The notes: generated from the sequence alone by a model not told the origin. A stretch of 64,000 bases of DNA from Nitrospirota bacterium (GCA_035623825.1 DASPSR010000007.1:64001-128000), one strand, 5' to 3'. Shown: positions 1 to 9,770, counted from the stretch's first letter. Numbers and translations are program-made.

Positions 1-2
1 AG

Positions 3-2861
3 CTTGAGCCAGCTTCTCCGCTGCCGACAGTAGGGCTGGTGCAGGAATCGCCAGGCGAGGTCAGCGCCATTGCCGCGAACAAGCGGGTATGGGCGCTTAC
101 CAACGATTCAATAATCGCTGTTGGCGTTCGTGGCGAACGAACCATCGGTTCCCGCGGCAGCAAACCCGCTCTGCTCAAGAATCCCCGTGGACTGACCTTG
201 GATAGAGCGGGAAATTTCTGGGTGGCCGATACGGGCAATGACAGACTGCAGAAATTCAGCCTCCAAGGCAGTCTCCTCCAAGTGATTGGGCAATCGGGTT
301 CAGGCGAGGGGGAGTTCCGTTCGCCGTCGGGTATCGCCATCGACTCCAAGGGGACCATTTACGTTGCAGACACCGGTAACAGGCGGGTGCAGGTATTCAG
401 CTCCAAGGGAATGTTCCTCGGAACCTTTGGCAAAGGGGGGAATCTTCGCGGGCAGTTCAGCGAGCCTGTAGGCTTAGCCGTGGATGGCTCGGACTTCGTT
501 TATGTTGTTGACCGCGGGAACGACCGGATTGCAAAATACGATAACAAAGGAGTACTTGTTTGGGAAACTGGCAAGACAGGAAAGCAGGACGGTGAATTTA
601 ATGCTCCATCGGACGTCCTCGTCTTGCCGGAAGGCGAGCTCTGTGTCCTCGATGCGGGCAATGCGCGCGTCCAGGTTTTCGACCGGAATGGCAAATTTCT
701 CAGAAAGTTCGGTAACGAGGGCAAGGGGCCGGGAGAGTTCCGTTCGCCCCAAGGACTGGCCCTAGAGTCGAGCGTCAGACTCTACGTCGGTGACCGGGGC
801 AACAGCCGGGTGCAGGTCTTTTCGCTCCACTATACGCCAGCCGAGCCCCGGGACCTCGCTGTACAGACGAGGGCGAATCAAATCCAGCTGAATTGGAAGG
901 CGAATACTGAACCGTTCTTGGAACAGTATAGAGTCTATCGCTCAGATTCTCCCACAGGGCAGTTCAAGCTCATTGGAACACCGACGGAACCGTTTTTTAT
1001 CGATCGGAACCTTCCGAGCAACCGGGCCTTCATCTACCGCGTGACGGGCAAGGCGAGAGAAGGAAATGAGAGCGTCGCTTCAGATTCAGTCACTGCCATG
1101 ACACCAAAGCTGGTCCCCGTTCACCCGAAAAAAGTGCGCATAGAACCGTGGGAGAAGGAGGTCACGCTCTCCTGGCTTCCGAACACAGAGCCCTTCGTAA
1201 GCCACTACCGCGTGTACCGAACCAAGCAGGTGAAGACGGGATTTGAACTTGTGGCCAGGACTGAGAAGACCGTTTTTGTGGACAGTCCGCTTGCCGACGA
1301 GACACTGTACTATTATCAGGTAACGGCCGTGGGAAAAGAAGGAGATGAGAGCCCGCCAAGCGAAGTGGTATTCGCATCAACGCCTAAAGCGTCCCTCACC
1401 ATGCCACCGATTGAAATCAGTCGGATCGAGATCAACGAGATTTTTGCAGCCGCGTATAAGAACTACGAATCGAATCCTCTCGGCAAATTAGTGATCACGA
1501 ACAATACCGACCAGCCCTACCCCAAAGCGAAGATCCGCTTCTCCATTAAGGGGTTCATGGATTATCCCGCGGAGATCGAGATCGCGGAAATCGCTCCGAA
1601 ACAGAGTATGGTCCTGGAACTCAAACCAGTCTTCAACAATAAGATTCTGGACGTGACCGAGAACGCATCACTGCAGAGCGAAATTAATCTTACTTATTAC
1701 GAGGCCGGAGAACCAAAGACCGTGACACGGAGCTTTCCGGTCACGCTTTACGAACTGCACGCTATACGATGGGACCAGAAGGCAAAGATAGGGTCGTTCG
1801 TTACGGCAAATGATGCGGTCGTTGCGGATTTCGCCAGATCGGTGATTCTGCCGTATGCGGATTCATATCCCTCTCTGCACAAGTCGATTGTGTATGCACG
1901 TGCCATATATGATGCCCTCGGCGTTCTGGGCGTGTCCTACATTGTGGACCAGACACCGTTCCAAGAGTTTTCCGAAAACACCGCAATCGTGGATTACACT
2001 CAGTTTCCCCGCGACGTGCTTGCGAGGAAGAGCGGGGACTGCGACGACCTTTCAATGATGTACGCAGCATCCTTGGAAAACATCGGGATCGAAACTGCCC
2101 TCGTGGGCGTGCCGGGCCATGTCTTCGTCATGTTCAATACCGGGACTGCAGAGAACGAGCGGTTTATGCTCGGTTTTCCCGATGACCTGCTGGTTGTGTA
2201 CCAAGGCACTGCCTGGATACCGGTTGAAATGACCTTGGTGGGTACGTCGTTCACACGGGCATGGCAGAAGGGTGCCGAAGAATGCCGAGACTGGTCGGCA
2301 AAGGGAAAGATGGACATCATAAGCGTCCACAAAGCATGGGAGCGGTTCCAGCCTGTCACTCTGTCAGCTTCGGATATCAAGGTAAGCAAGGTCAAGAGCG
2401 ATGATATAGAGGCAAAATACAAAGGCGAGCTTCAGACCCTTGCCGAGCAGCGGCTCGCCAATCTGTCTGCGAGGCTTATCGATACCCTTAAGAAGAATTC
2501 GCGTGATCTCAACGCACTGGGCCAGCTGGGGCTCCTGTATAGCGAAAACGGTCTCTATGCAGAAGCACTCGAGCAGTTCCAGAAAATGCTTGCCATCGAC
2601 AAAAACGACGCCATGGCACTCAATAATATTGGGAATATCAACTACCTTCAGGGAAGGCTGGACGACGCGCGCTTGGCGTACGAGGCGACGCTCAAGATCT
2701 CCGAATCGGAACCGGGTGTCATGGTGAACTTGGCCCGAGTCTTTTTGCAGATGGGCAAGAAGGAGGAAGCCAAGCAGTGGTTCCAGAATGCGCTTGCTCT
2801 CGACCCGAGAGTGGTACGTAGCTACAACGACCTTGCGGCGAGTCTGGGAGTGATAAAATAG
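3..2861 (+). CDS. 5'-truncated NHL-repeat beta-propeller / 2x fibronectin-III / transglutaminase-like / TPR protein
   Basis: Frame is open from position 3. NHL repeats (P.GIA.D...IYVADTGN.RVQVF), FN3 modules (L.W...Y.VYR...Y.Y.VTA), GDCDD..GHVF..VEMT papain-like triad, C-terminal TPRs (ALNNIG..Y..G). Confidence 0.85.
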   Translation, partial: LEPASPLPTVGLVQESPGEVSAIAANKRVWALTNDSIIAVGVRGERTIGSRGSKPALLKNPRGLTLDRAGNFWVADTGNDRLQKFSLQGSLLQVIGQSGSGEGEFRSPSGIAIDSKGTIYVADTGNRRVQVFSSKGMFLGTFGKGGNLRGQFSEPVGLAVDGSDFVYVVDRGNDRIAKYDNKGVLVWETGKTGKQDGEFNAPSDVLVLPEGELCVLDAGNARVQVFDRNGKFLRKFGNEGKGPGEFRSPQGLALESSVRLYVGDRGNSRVQVFSLHYTPAEPRDLAVQTRANQIQLNWKANTEPFLEQYRVYRSDSPTGQFKLIGTPTEPFFIDRNLPSNRAFIYRVTGKAREGNESVASDSVTAMTPKLVPVHPKKVRIEPWEKEVTLSWLPNTEPFVSHYRVYRTKQVKTGFELVARTEKTVFVDSPLADETLYYYQVTAVGKEGDESPPSEVVFASTPKASLTMPPIEISRIEINEIFAAAYKNYESNPLGKLVITNNTDQPYPKAKIRFSIKGFMDYPAEIEIAEIAPKQSMVLELKPVFNNKILDVTENASLQSEINLTYYEAGEPKTVTRSFPVTLYELHAIRWDQKAKIGSFVTANDAVVADFARSVILPYADSYPSLHKSIVYARAIYDALGVLGVSYIVDQTPFQEFSENTAIVDYTQFPRDVLARKSGDCDDLSMMYAASLENIGIETALVGVPGHVFVMFNTGTAENERFMLGFPDDLLVVYQGTAWIPVEMTLVGTSFTRAWQKGAEECRDWSAKGKMDIISVHKAWERFQPVTLSASDIKVSKVKSDDIEAKYKGELQTLAEQRLANLSARLIDTLKKNSRDLNALGQLGLLYSENGLYAEALEQFQKMLAIDKNDAMALNNIGNINYLQGRLDDARLAYEATLKISESEPGVMVNLARVFLQMGKKEEAKQWFQNALALDPRVVRSYNDLAASLGVIK

Positions 2862-3093
2862 AAGATAATAGAAAAAATTTAAACAGCAATTGATGACTGC
2901 TAGGACGTCGTTCACTAAAAAAAAGTCGTGAACTAAAACCCGTGAACAATATCCTGACAATTGTTAACAAAAATAAATTCTAAATAAATTAAAATAGTAA
3001 TTTCAAATGTTGGCACTGTTTTAAATTTTTGACTTTCGGTTTCATTGCGCATTGAGGGTCTCGGTTTTAGTACCTATCGATCCAAGGAGCGTC

Positions 3094-3531
3094 ATGTTGA
3101 ACAAGATGGCCATCCTTGCCGTTCTTGTCTGTTTATTTTGCGCCCTGGTTCTTGCCCAGGCTCAGGAGCAACAGAAGAAGTCTGGTGATCCTGGTATCTC
3201 CGCGTGGCTGCATGGTCTGCAGAACAAGCTAGAACAGATCGTGCCAAGGAAATCCGTCCCTCTGAGAAGCGGGGTTGGCGGGTTGCACGGATCCAGGGAA
3301 GCCCCCCAGGTCAGGCTTTATTGGAAAGGCAATAAGGACGACGAGGCGGTAACGGAAGGGGAACTTATGAAATTCAAGTCGGCTGTCGACGCAGCGGCAA
3401 AGGACGATCGTGCTGGTTCTGTCAAAGGATTCGAAGAGTTCATGAAACTGTATCCTGACAGCGCCCTTATCCCCGATGCCAAGAAGACACTCGACATCAT
3501 GAGGTCAGAAGGGAAAGGGGAGAAAAAATGA
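3094..3531 (+). CDS. Secreted hypothetical protein with C-terminal TPR-like helix pair
   Basis: AAGGAG before ATG 3094; signal peptide ending AQA; FEEFMKLYPDSALIPDA resembles TPR/BamD-type helices. Confidence 0.7.
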   Translation: MLNKMAILAVLVCLFCALVLAQAQEQQKKSGDPGISAWLHGLQNKLEQIVPRKSVPLRSGVGGLHGSREAPQVRLYWKGNKDDEAVTEGELMKFKSAVDAAAKDDRAGSVKGFEEFMKLYPDSALIPDAKKTLDIMRSEGKGEKK

Positions 3532-3744
3532 GATCATATTCGAGTGTTTTTTTTGGCGGTCTTTGAGGGCCGAGCAATGCAACCTCAGGTTTTTGCGTTT
3601 AGTACAAACTACGGAATCTTAATGTCATTGGTTTTCGATTGCCGCTCAGCGGCGCGTCGAACCCTGATATTGATCTGTCAAGGACAGGACCATATCCTGC
3701 TTTTTTTCTGGATGTTTGAACGGCAATCTGATAGTCTTGCCTGC

Positions 3745-5016
3745 ATGATAAAACCGTCTGCAGCGCCCCATAATCCTTGGACCTTCCTGCCTACCCTCTA
3801 CTTTGCCGAAGGCCTGCCCTATGTCATCATCAACACGGTGTCGGTCATCATGTATAAGCGGATGGGGATCGACAACGCCCACATTGCATTCTGGACCAGT
3901 TTCCTCTACCTCCCCTGGGTCATCAAGATGTTCTGGGGCCCACTCGTGGACATCTATTCAACCAAGAGGAACTGGATACTCTCTACGCAGTTAGCCATGA
4001 CCGCATGCACCCTTTCCCTCGCGTTCTCGCTCAGAACAGCTGGCTTTTTCTCCCTGTCCCTGTCTGCATTATTTGTTGGTGCGTTCATCTCAGCGACCTA
4101 TGACATCGCCACAGATGGATTTTACATGCTCGCGCTCACCGAGAATGAGCAGGCGCTGTTCGTTGGGATCAGGGCAGCTTTCTACCGGTTGGCGATGATC
4201 TTCGGATCCGGCGTACTTGTATATTTGGCCGGCATCCTCGAAACGCTCACCGGCAACATTCCCTTGAGCTGGACTGTGGTCATGGCCCTTACCGCAATAA
4301 TTTTTGCACTGGCTTTTCTGTACCATACAGTTATGCTTCCTGTACCTGCTGCTGACAAGAAGCGTTTGGCACGAGAGAATACTGATCATACATCCTTCGG
4401 AGAGGTCATCCGGTCCTACTTCAACCAAAGGAAAATTGGGACCATGCTTGCGTTCATCCTGCTCTACCGGCTGGGCGAGGCCATGCTTATAAAACTGGTC
4501 TCTCCCTTTCTTCTGGATCCGAAGAGCGCGGGGGGGCTGGAATTAACGACAAAGCAGGTTGGCTTGGTCTACGGGACGGTGGGAGTTCTGTCGCTCGTCT
4601 CCGGTGGGGTCCTAGGCGGTTGGCTGATATCAAAATTCGGTTTCAAGCGATGTGTCTGGCCCATGGTGCTTGCCATGCACATCCCCGACCTCTTTTTTGT
4701 ATACATGGCCTATACGCAGCCCGGCATCGGGCTCATCTATCCGCTTGTAGCCTTCGAACAGTTCGGGTATGGCGTCGGTTTTACGGTATTCACGGTATAT
4801 CTCATGTATACGGCGAACGGAAGATACAAGACATCTCACTACGCCATCTCCACAGGAATCATGGCGCTTGGAATGATGCTTCCGGGATTCATCAGCGGGT
4901 ACGTTCAGCAGGTCTTGGGCTATAAAATGTTTTTCATAATTGTCTGCCTGATGACGATCCCCGGGATGCTGACCATTCCGTTTATTCAGAAGGATGGAAT
5001 GGATATAAACAGATGA
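3745..5016 (+). CDS. AmpG-family MFS transporter (muropeptide/acetyl-CoA transporter family)
   Basis: LYFAEGLP, LPW..K..W.P.VD, SAT.DIA.DG, LLYR.GE motifs; 12-TM pattern. Start reassigned to ATG 3745. Confidence 0.88.
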   Translation: MIKPSAAPHNPWTFLPTLYFAEGLPYVIINTVSVIMYKRMGIDNAHIAFWTSFLYLPWVIKMFWGPLVDIYSTKRNWILSTQLAMTACTLSLAFSLRTAGFFSLSLSALFVGAFISATYDIATDGFYMLALTENEQALFVGIRAAFYRLAMIFGSGVLVYLAGILETLTGNIPLSWTVVMALTAIIFALAFLYHTVMLPVPAADKKRLARENTDHTSFGEVIRSYFNQRKIGTMLAFILLYRLGEAMLIKLVSPFLLDPKSAGGLELTTKQVGLVYGTVGVLSLVSGGVLGGWLISKFGFKRCVWPMVLAMHIPDLFFVYMAYTQPGIGLIYPLVAFEQFGYGVGFTVFTVYLMYTANGRYKTSHYAISTGIMALGMMLPGFISGYVQQVLGYKMFFIIVCLMTIPGMLTIPFIQKDGMDINR

Positions 5017-5018
5017 AT

Positions 5019-5168
5019 CTATTTTCCGGCTGATTCAGCGTCCGGGGACTCGATCATTTTTCCCCTTCGCCTGCATATTGCGCACTCGGCGACCTCTTCC
5101 GAACCGTCTTCCCAAAGTACAATCTTGATGCCTGAGTTCCAGCAGACAGGGTTGATTGTCTTCACCAA
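5019..5168 (-). CDS. Possible 49-aa zinc-ribbon-like microprotein
   Basis: Manual translation MVKTINPVCWNSGIKIVLWEDGSEEVAECAICRRRGKMIESPDAESAGK; converges on the MFS gene end; no SD seen. Confidence 0.35.
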   Translation of the reverse strand: MVKTINPVCWNSGIKIVLWEDGSEEVAECAICRRRGKMIESPDAESAGK

Positions 5169-5354
5169 TGTCGGCGGGAAAACGCAAAAAAATTGACGGC
5201 TGCAGGCAGCCTGCAGGCTCTCTCAGGAAAGGGGAGAGTTTTTCAAAGAAGCGTGTCTGTATTGGGAATGACTGTGTTCGAAACATTTGCTGGTATCTTT
5301 TTATGAAAGCGGGTAAAATAAAGAAATTCGCTGTGCCGATGTCCTGCGACGTGC

Positions 5355-5376
5355 TGGTATACTATATTATGAGGAG
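5355..5376 (+). promoter_or_regulatory. Extended -10 promoter (TGgTATACT) and SD (GAGGAG) of the AEC transporter
   Basis: TG-n-TATACT at 5355-5363, GAGGAG at 5371-5376. Confidence 0.55.
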
Positions 5377-5382
5377 TTCCGT

Positions 5383-6309
5383 ATCAACAGTGTCCTGTAC
5401 TCATTCGGCCTGATTATAGCCGCGGGATATCTTTGGAGGTATTTCAATCCCGGTGGTATTGACCGTCAGCGTGCGCGGCATGCTCTGAGCACAACGGTTC
5501 TTCATTTTTTCCTGCCTGCGCTTGCCTTCGCGCTAGTTGCAGGCGCTCACGTCGACAAGAGCTTTATCTCGGTGCCGCTGACAGCGGCTGTTGTCACGCT
5601 ATTGGGGATCGCAGCCGGGTTTGCAGCGTACAAACTGATCCCATGGTTTACGAATATAACGCGCCCCGCGCTCGGGGTTTTGGTTCTCGCGGCTTCCTTT
5701 GGCAACGTAACCTATCTTGGTCTGCCGGTCATTACTGAGATTCTCGGCGCGCAGCGCGGGTATGTGGCGATCCTCTACGATCTTCTCGCGGCCACGCCCA
5801 TCCTGCTTACCGTAGGCGTATTTATTGCCGCACGGTACGGTCGCGGCGATTCGGTATCGTTTGCGCTGTCTATCAGACGTGTGCTCAGGCTGCCACCGCT
5901 CTGGGGCGTAGCCGCCGGTATTGCGGTCCACATCGTCGGGATTGCGATTCCGCAGATTGTGTTGGAAACTGCAGGGCTCATGGGTAAGGCCGTGATCCCG
6001 ATCATGACATTCACGGTGGGCCTCGCGCTTGATTTCAGCGACCTAAGGCGACTGCCAATCGCAATTCCGGCCCTTGCTCTTAAGCTGGGTGCTGCCCCGG
6101 TTCTTGCCTGGTGGTTTGGCTCACGATTTGGCTTAACCGGGGAAGAGCTCAAGGCAGTCACCATTGAGGGGGCTATGCCGGTCATGGTTCTCTCGCTCGT
6201 GATTGCGGACGAATTCGATCTTGATGTGCAACTTGCCGCTATGTGTATTACAGTATCGACGGTAGCGCTGTTCTTCACGATGCCGGTGGTGATGAATATG
6301 CTGTTCTGA
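5383..6309 (+). CDS. AEC (auxin efflux carrier / membrane transport) family transporter; probable ATC start
   Basis: FGNV.YLGLP, P.LWG, KL..AP, MP motifs. The frame extends upstream of 5572 through a typical AEC N-terminus (LIIAAGY..R...FFLPALAF) with no ATG/GTG/TTG. Confidence 0.85.
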   Translation: MNSVLYSFGLIIAAGYLWRYFNPGGIDRQRARHALSTTVLHFFLPALAFALVAGAHVDKSFISVPLTAAVVTLLGIAAGFAAYKLIPWFTNITRPALGVLVLAASFGNVTYLGLPVITEILGAQRGYVAILYDLLAATPILLTVGVFIAARYGRGDSVSFALSIRRVLRLPPLWGVAAGIAVHIVGIAIPQIVLETAGLMGKAVIPIMTFTVGLALDFSDLRRLPIAIPALALKLGAAPVLAWWFGSRFGLTGEELKAVTIEGAMPVMVLSLVIADEFDLDVQLAAMCITVSTVALFFTMPVVMNMLF

Positions 6310-6380
6310 GTTTAGATTAAAGAGGCGCCTTACGTCATGCCACCCGCTCCAAGTCTCATGCGCCTTTCGGAGGTTGGTTT

Positions 6381-6593
6381 ATGAGTGACAGACACAATCA
6401 TTCTCATCTGCATCACGAACACGGACACCACGGCCTGGTGGAGGTCACGCTGCTGCTCGAGGACGAGCACATGGAAGCCCTGGACGAGGTCGCGGCGGAG
6501 ATCAGCAAGGAGCTCAAGCAGCCCTGGGACCGCGGGGCGGTTGTGCGGCTGGCCTTGAGCGAATTCTTCTCGCGGCGAGGTAAAATAACTTAG
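6381..6593 (+). CDS. Small His-rich ribbon-helix-helix (CopG/NikR-like) protein
   Basis: GGAGG SD; 8 His in the first 17 aa, then VTLLLEDEHMEALDEVA...RGAVVRLALSEFF RHH pattern. Confidence 0.7.
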   Translation: MSDRHNHSHLHHEHGHHGLVEVTLLLEDEHMEALDEVAAEISKELKQPWDRGAVVRLALSEFFSRRGKIT

Positions 6594-6698
6594 CAGGACA
6601 GGGAAACGCGAGAACGGGGGAAGCGCCGACACTCGTCGAATACGTTTCTCCATATTCCGCCAGACATGCAGTTCGCGTAATAAGCATCGGAGTTCTTT

Positions 6699-7571
6699 AT
6701 GGCTTACGTAATCGGGAACAAGCGATACCTCGTCGATGTTCATGTCCACGGAGCGGCCGCATACGATACGCGCACGAGGAGGCAGGACGATATCCTACAG
6801 ATGGCAAACATTCACGGAGAGCGCGGCACGTCCGCCATGCTTCCCACCATTTATCCCGGTTCAGTCGAATCGATGCGCGACAATATGGCGGCTGTGCAGC
6901 GCGCCATGACAGCACAGCGGGAGGGGGCCCGTATCTTGGGTGTGCATCTCGAAGGCCCTTTCCTGAATCCGGATCGGGCAGGCGCTTTGGACGGAAAGAG
7001 CTGTGCTGATCCGTCCGTGGAAACGCTGACACGCCTTGTCGAAGATTTTGAGGATATTATCAAGATCGTTACCGTCGCTCCGGAGTTGCCAGGAGCGCTT
7101 CGGGTGATTGAGGTGTGCAGGGAGATGGGCTTTCTCGTGCACATGGGGCACAGCGATGCTTCGTTTGAGCAGGCAGAGGAGGGAAAGAACGCCGGCGCCA
7201 CCGGCATAACCCATATATTTAACGCCATGCGGGGGTTCCATCACCGCGAACCCGGTCTCGCGGGGTTCGGACTTATGGACGAGGACGTCTATGTGGAAGT
7301 CATCGCGGATATGGCGCACCTCCATCCGCAGAGCCTTAAGATGCTCTTCGACATGAAATCGCCAGATAAGATCCTCCTCGTATCGGATTCCGTCAAGGGG
7401 CCGGGCTGGGGGAACGGGCCCGTGCGTGGGGCTGGAGGAATTCTTCTTGGGAGCGGCATATCTCTAACGGATGCCGTGAAAAACCTGATATCCCTTGGCG
7501 TCCCGTCCGAGAGGGCTCTTCAGTTTGCCTCGGATAACCCGATGAGATACCTGGGAATAACGGTTCTCTAA
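6699..7571 (+). CDS. nagA: N-acetylglucosamine-6-phosphate deacetylase (compact form)
   Basis: DVHVHG, PT, HLEGPF, TVAPE, GHS, THIFNAM, HHREPG, LVSD motifs. Confidence 0.88.
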   Translation: MAYVIGNKRYLVDVHVHGAAAYDTRTRRQDDILQMANIHGERGTSAMLPTIYPGSVESMRDNMAAVQRAMTAQREGARILGVHLEGPFLNPDRAGALDGKSCADPSVETLTRLVEDFEDIIKIVTVAPELPGALRVIEVCREMGFLVHMGHSDASFEQAEEGKNAGATGITHIFNAMRGFHHREPGLAGFGLMDEDVYVEVIADMAHLHPQSLKMLFDMKSPDKILLVSDSVKGPGWGNGPVRGAGGILLGSGISLTDAVKNLISLGVPSERALQFASDNPMRYLGITVL

Positions 7572-7696
7572 AAAAATCTCATGCCAAAATCCCCAATTCG
7601 TAATTTTTCATACTGCTGAATGCGGAGTCGGCATCTCATCTTGCTTCTTCGCGTTCGTTTAGAGTTGAGATATTTGATTTTTGTGTTTTTTGAACG

Positions 7697-8347
7697 ATGA
7701 CATCCATTGGACTGCTCATATTCGACCTCGACGGCACACTGGTGAATACGTTGGATGATATTGCCACGTCAGTGAATCATACCCTTGAGTGCCTGGGTGA
7801 AAGCCCGGTCGCCTTGGAGGCCGTCCGGCGGTACGTGGGAGACGGGATAGAAATGCTGATGCAGCGCTCGCTCAGGGGAAAAAAGGGGCGACTTGCTGAG
7901 GCCGTCAGCATGTACAAAGACCACCACCGACGTAACCTGGTTGTCAGATCCTCTCTTTATCCGACCGTAAAAGAGACGCTCGAATACTACAGAACGCTCC
8001 CCATGGCGGTGATTACGAACAAGACCATGGAATTTTCAAAACCCCTGCTCGATCGACTCGGTATCGGCCACTATTTTAAGCTGGTTATCGGGGCGGACCA
8101 CGGCTTGCCGCTCAAGCCTGCTCCGGACTCAGTGCTGAAGATCATGACAGAGTTCAACGTGCCGAAAGAGCGCACCGTGATCGTGGGAGACGGGACCACG
8201 GATGTTCGGGCGGGAAAGGCGGCGGGCATTATCACCTGCTCGGTGACGTATGGCTTCAGGCCCGAAGAAGAACTGAGGAAGGAAGGACCAGACTATATCA
8301 TCTCGGTCCTTTCAGACCTGCGGAAGATCTTTGCGCCAGCGACCTGA
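7697..8347 (+). CDS. HAD-IA hydrolase (phosphoglycolate phosphatase-like)
   Basis: FDLDGTL, TNK, KP.P, VGD...D motifs. Confidence 0.9.
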   Translation: MTSIGLLIFDLDGTLVNTLDDIATSVNHTLECLGESPVALEAVRRYVGDGIEMLMQRSLRGKKGRLAEAVSMYKDHHRRNLVVRSSLYPTVKETLEYYRTLPMAVITNKTMEFSKPLLDRLGIGHYFKLVIGADHGLPLKPAPDSVLKIMTEFNVPKERTVIVGDGTTDVRAGKAAGIITCSVTYGFRPEEELRKEGPDYIISVLSDLRKIFAPAT

Positions 8348-8504
8348 TTCGGCCCTGCTCATGAATTTGGTCTTTACTATTCCGGTCTGATTGGTTAATA
8401 TGTGCAATGAAAGACTCAATGTCAAGCCCAAGTTCAAATGAATTTTTCGTGACTTGAGCTTTTGAATTTTTGAAATTTGTATTTCGCGATGAAGGAGAGC
8501 TTTC

Positions 8505-9620
8505 ATGTCCCATCCACATGCTGTCAAAGCGCCCCATGGGCACGGTCATCCCGGGGGCGATGGTAAGGAAAAGAAGTACCTTCCCCGGCTAATTGCCTGG
8601 GAGGTGACGCGAAGTTGTCTCTTGAACTGTGTCCACTGCCGGGCCGCGGCCCGGTATGGTCCATATCCAGGAGAACTGACGACTGAGGAGTGCTACCGGT
8701 TTCTCGATGATGTCAAGTCCTTCAGCGACCCTATCATCATCCTTACGGGTGGCGAACCCATGATGCGGCCGGACATCTACGACATAGCAAAGTACGGCAC
8801 GAGACTTGGCCTACGTATGGTCATGGCGCCCTGCGGCCTCCTTGTGACAGAAGAACTCGCCCAGAAGATTAAGGACTCAGGCGTTATGCGGGTTTCATTG
8901 TCCATTGATGGGTTGACCGCCGAGAGCCATAATGCCTTCCGTCGTGTAGAAGGGGCATTCGAGGGCGTGATGAAGGCCATCGAGAACTTCAAGAAGGTCG
9001 GCATGGAATTCCAAGTAAATACCACTATCACACAGCACAATGTCAAGGATTTGCCGAAGCTTCTCGAGATGGTGATTAAGCTAGGCGCCGTTGCTTACCA
9101 CCCGTTCCTGCTCGTACCTACGGGCCGTGGCAAGGACCTTGCTGATCAGGAAATTCCGCCGAAAGAGTATGAAAATACGCTTAAGTGGTTTTATGAAATG
9201 CGCGACAAGGTGCCGATCCAGTTTAAACCGACATGCGCCCCGCACTACTACCGCATTTTCCGCCAGGGCGAAAAGGCAAAGGGAAAGACCGTCACTCCGG
9301 AGTCCCATGGTTTCGATGCCATGACAAAGGGCTGCATGGGAGGCCAGAGCTTTGCCTTTGTATCGCATGTCGGCAAGGTACAGATCTGCGGGTTCCTTGA
9401 GGAAGAGGCTGGCGATATCAGGAAGGAACCCTTCTCAAAGATTTGGAACACGTCGAAGCTTTTCATGGAGATGCGGGACCTCGACCACTACCACGGAAAA
9501 TGCGGCATCTGCGAGTACCGCAGGGTCTGCGGTGGGTGCCGCGCTAGGGCCTATGCAATCTCGGGGGACTATCTCGCGGCAGAGCCCTTCTGCACGTACG
9601 AGCCGGTCAAGGTGCGTTAA
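8505..9620 (+). CDS. ahbD: Heme b synthase, radical SAM/SPASM (alternative heme biosynthesis)
   Basis: RLIAWEVTRSC...C.HCRA, TGGEP, FLLVPTGRG, TCAPHYYR, GKCG.CEY..VCGGCRARA. Confidence 0.85.
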   Translation: MSHPHAVKAPHGHGHPGGDGKEKKYLPRLIAWEVTRSCLLNCVHCRAAARYGPYPGELTTEECYRFLDDVKSFSDPIIILTGGEPMMRPDIYDIAKYGTRLGLRMVMAPCGLLVTEELAQKIKDSGVMRVSLSIDGLTAESHNAFRRVEGAFEGVMKAIENFKKVGMEFQVNTTITQHNVKDLPKLLEMVIKLGAVAYHPFLLVPTGRGKDLADQEIPPKEYENTLKWFYEMRDKVPIQFKPTCAPHYYRIFRQGEKAKGKTVTPESHGFDAMTKGCMGGQSFAFVSHVGKVQICGFLEEEAGDIRKEPFSKIWNTSKLFMEMRDLDHYHGKCGICEYRRVCGGCRARAYAISGDYLAAEPFCTYEPVKVR

Positions 9621-9640
9621 GCGATCCTATCGTTATCACC

Positions 9641-9669
9641 GGGGATGATGAAAGCATCATCCCCTTTTT
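9641..9669 (+). terminator. Rho-independent terminator
   Basis: GGGGATGATG-AAAG-CATCATCCCC followed by a T-run. Confidence 0.85.
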
Positions 9670-9770
9670 ATTTGATGGCATTTAGCAATGATGGTTGCGG
9701 TCCTTATGACTGTAAGGGGCACAGGTCGTTTCTGTCCCTGCCTATGTTGCTCCGTTCCGGGTGACGGCTC

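Noticed and set aside
2880-2905. Fluoride-riboswitch-like TGATGACTGCTA
   Set aside because: The 5' GATGG...CC pseudoknot half is absent.
3011-3026. Sigma54-like TGGCAC (also TGGCAT at about 22770)
   Set aside because: No GC at the -12 position in either.
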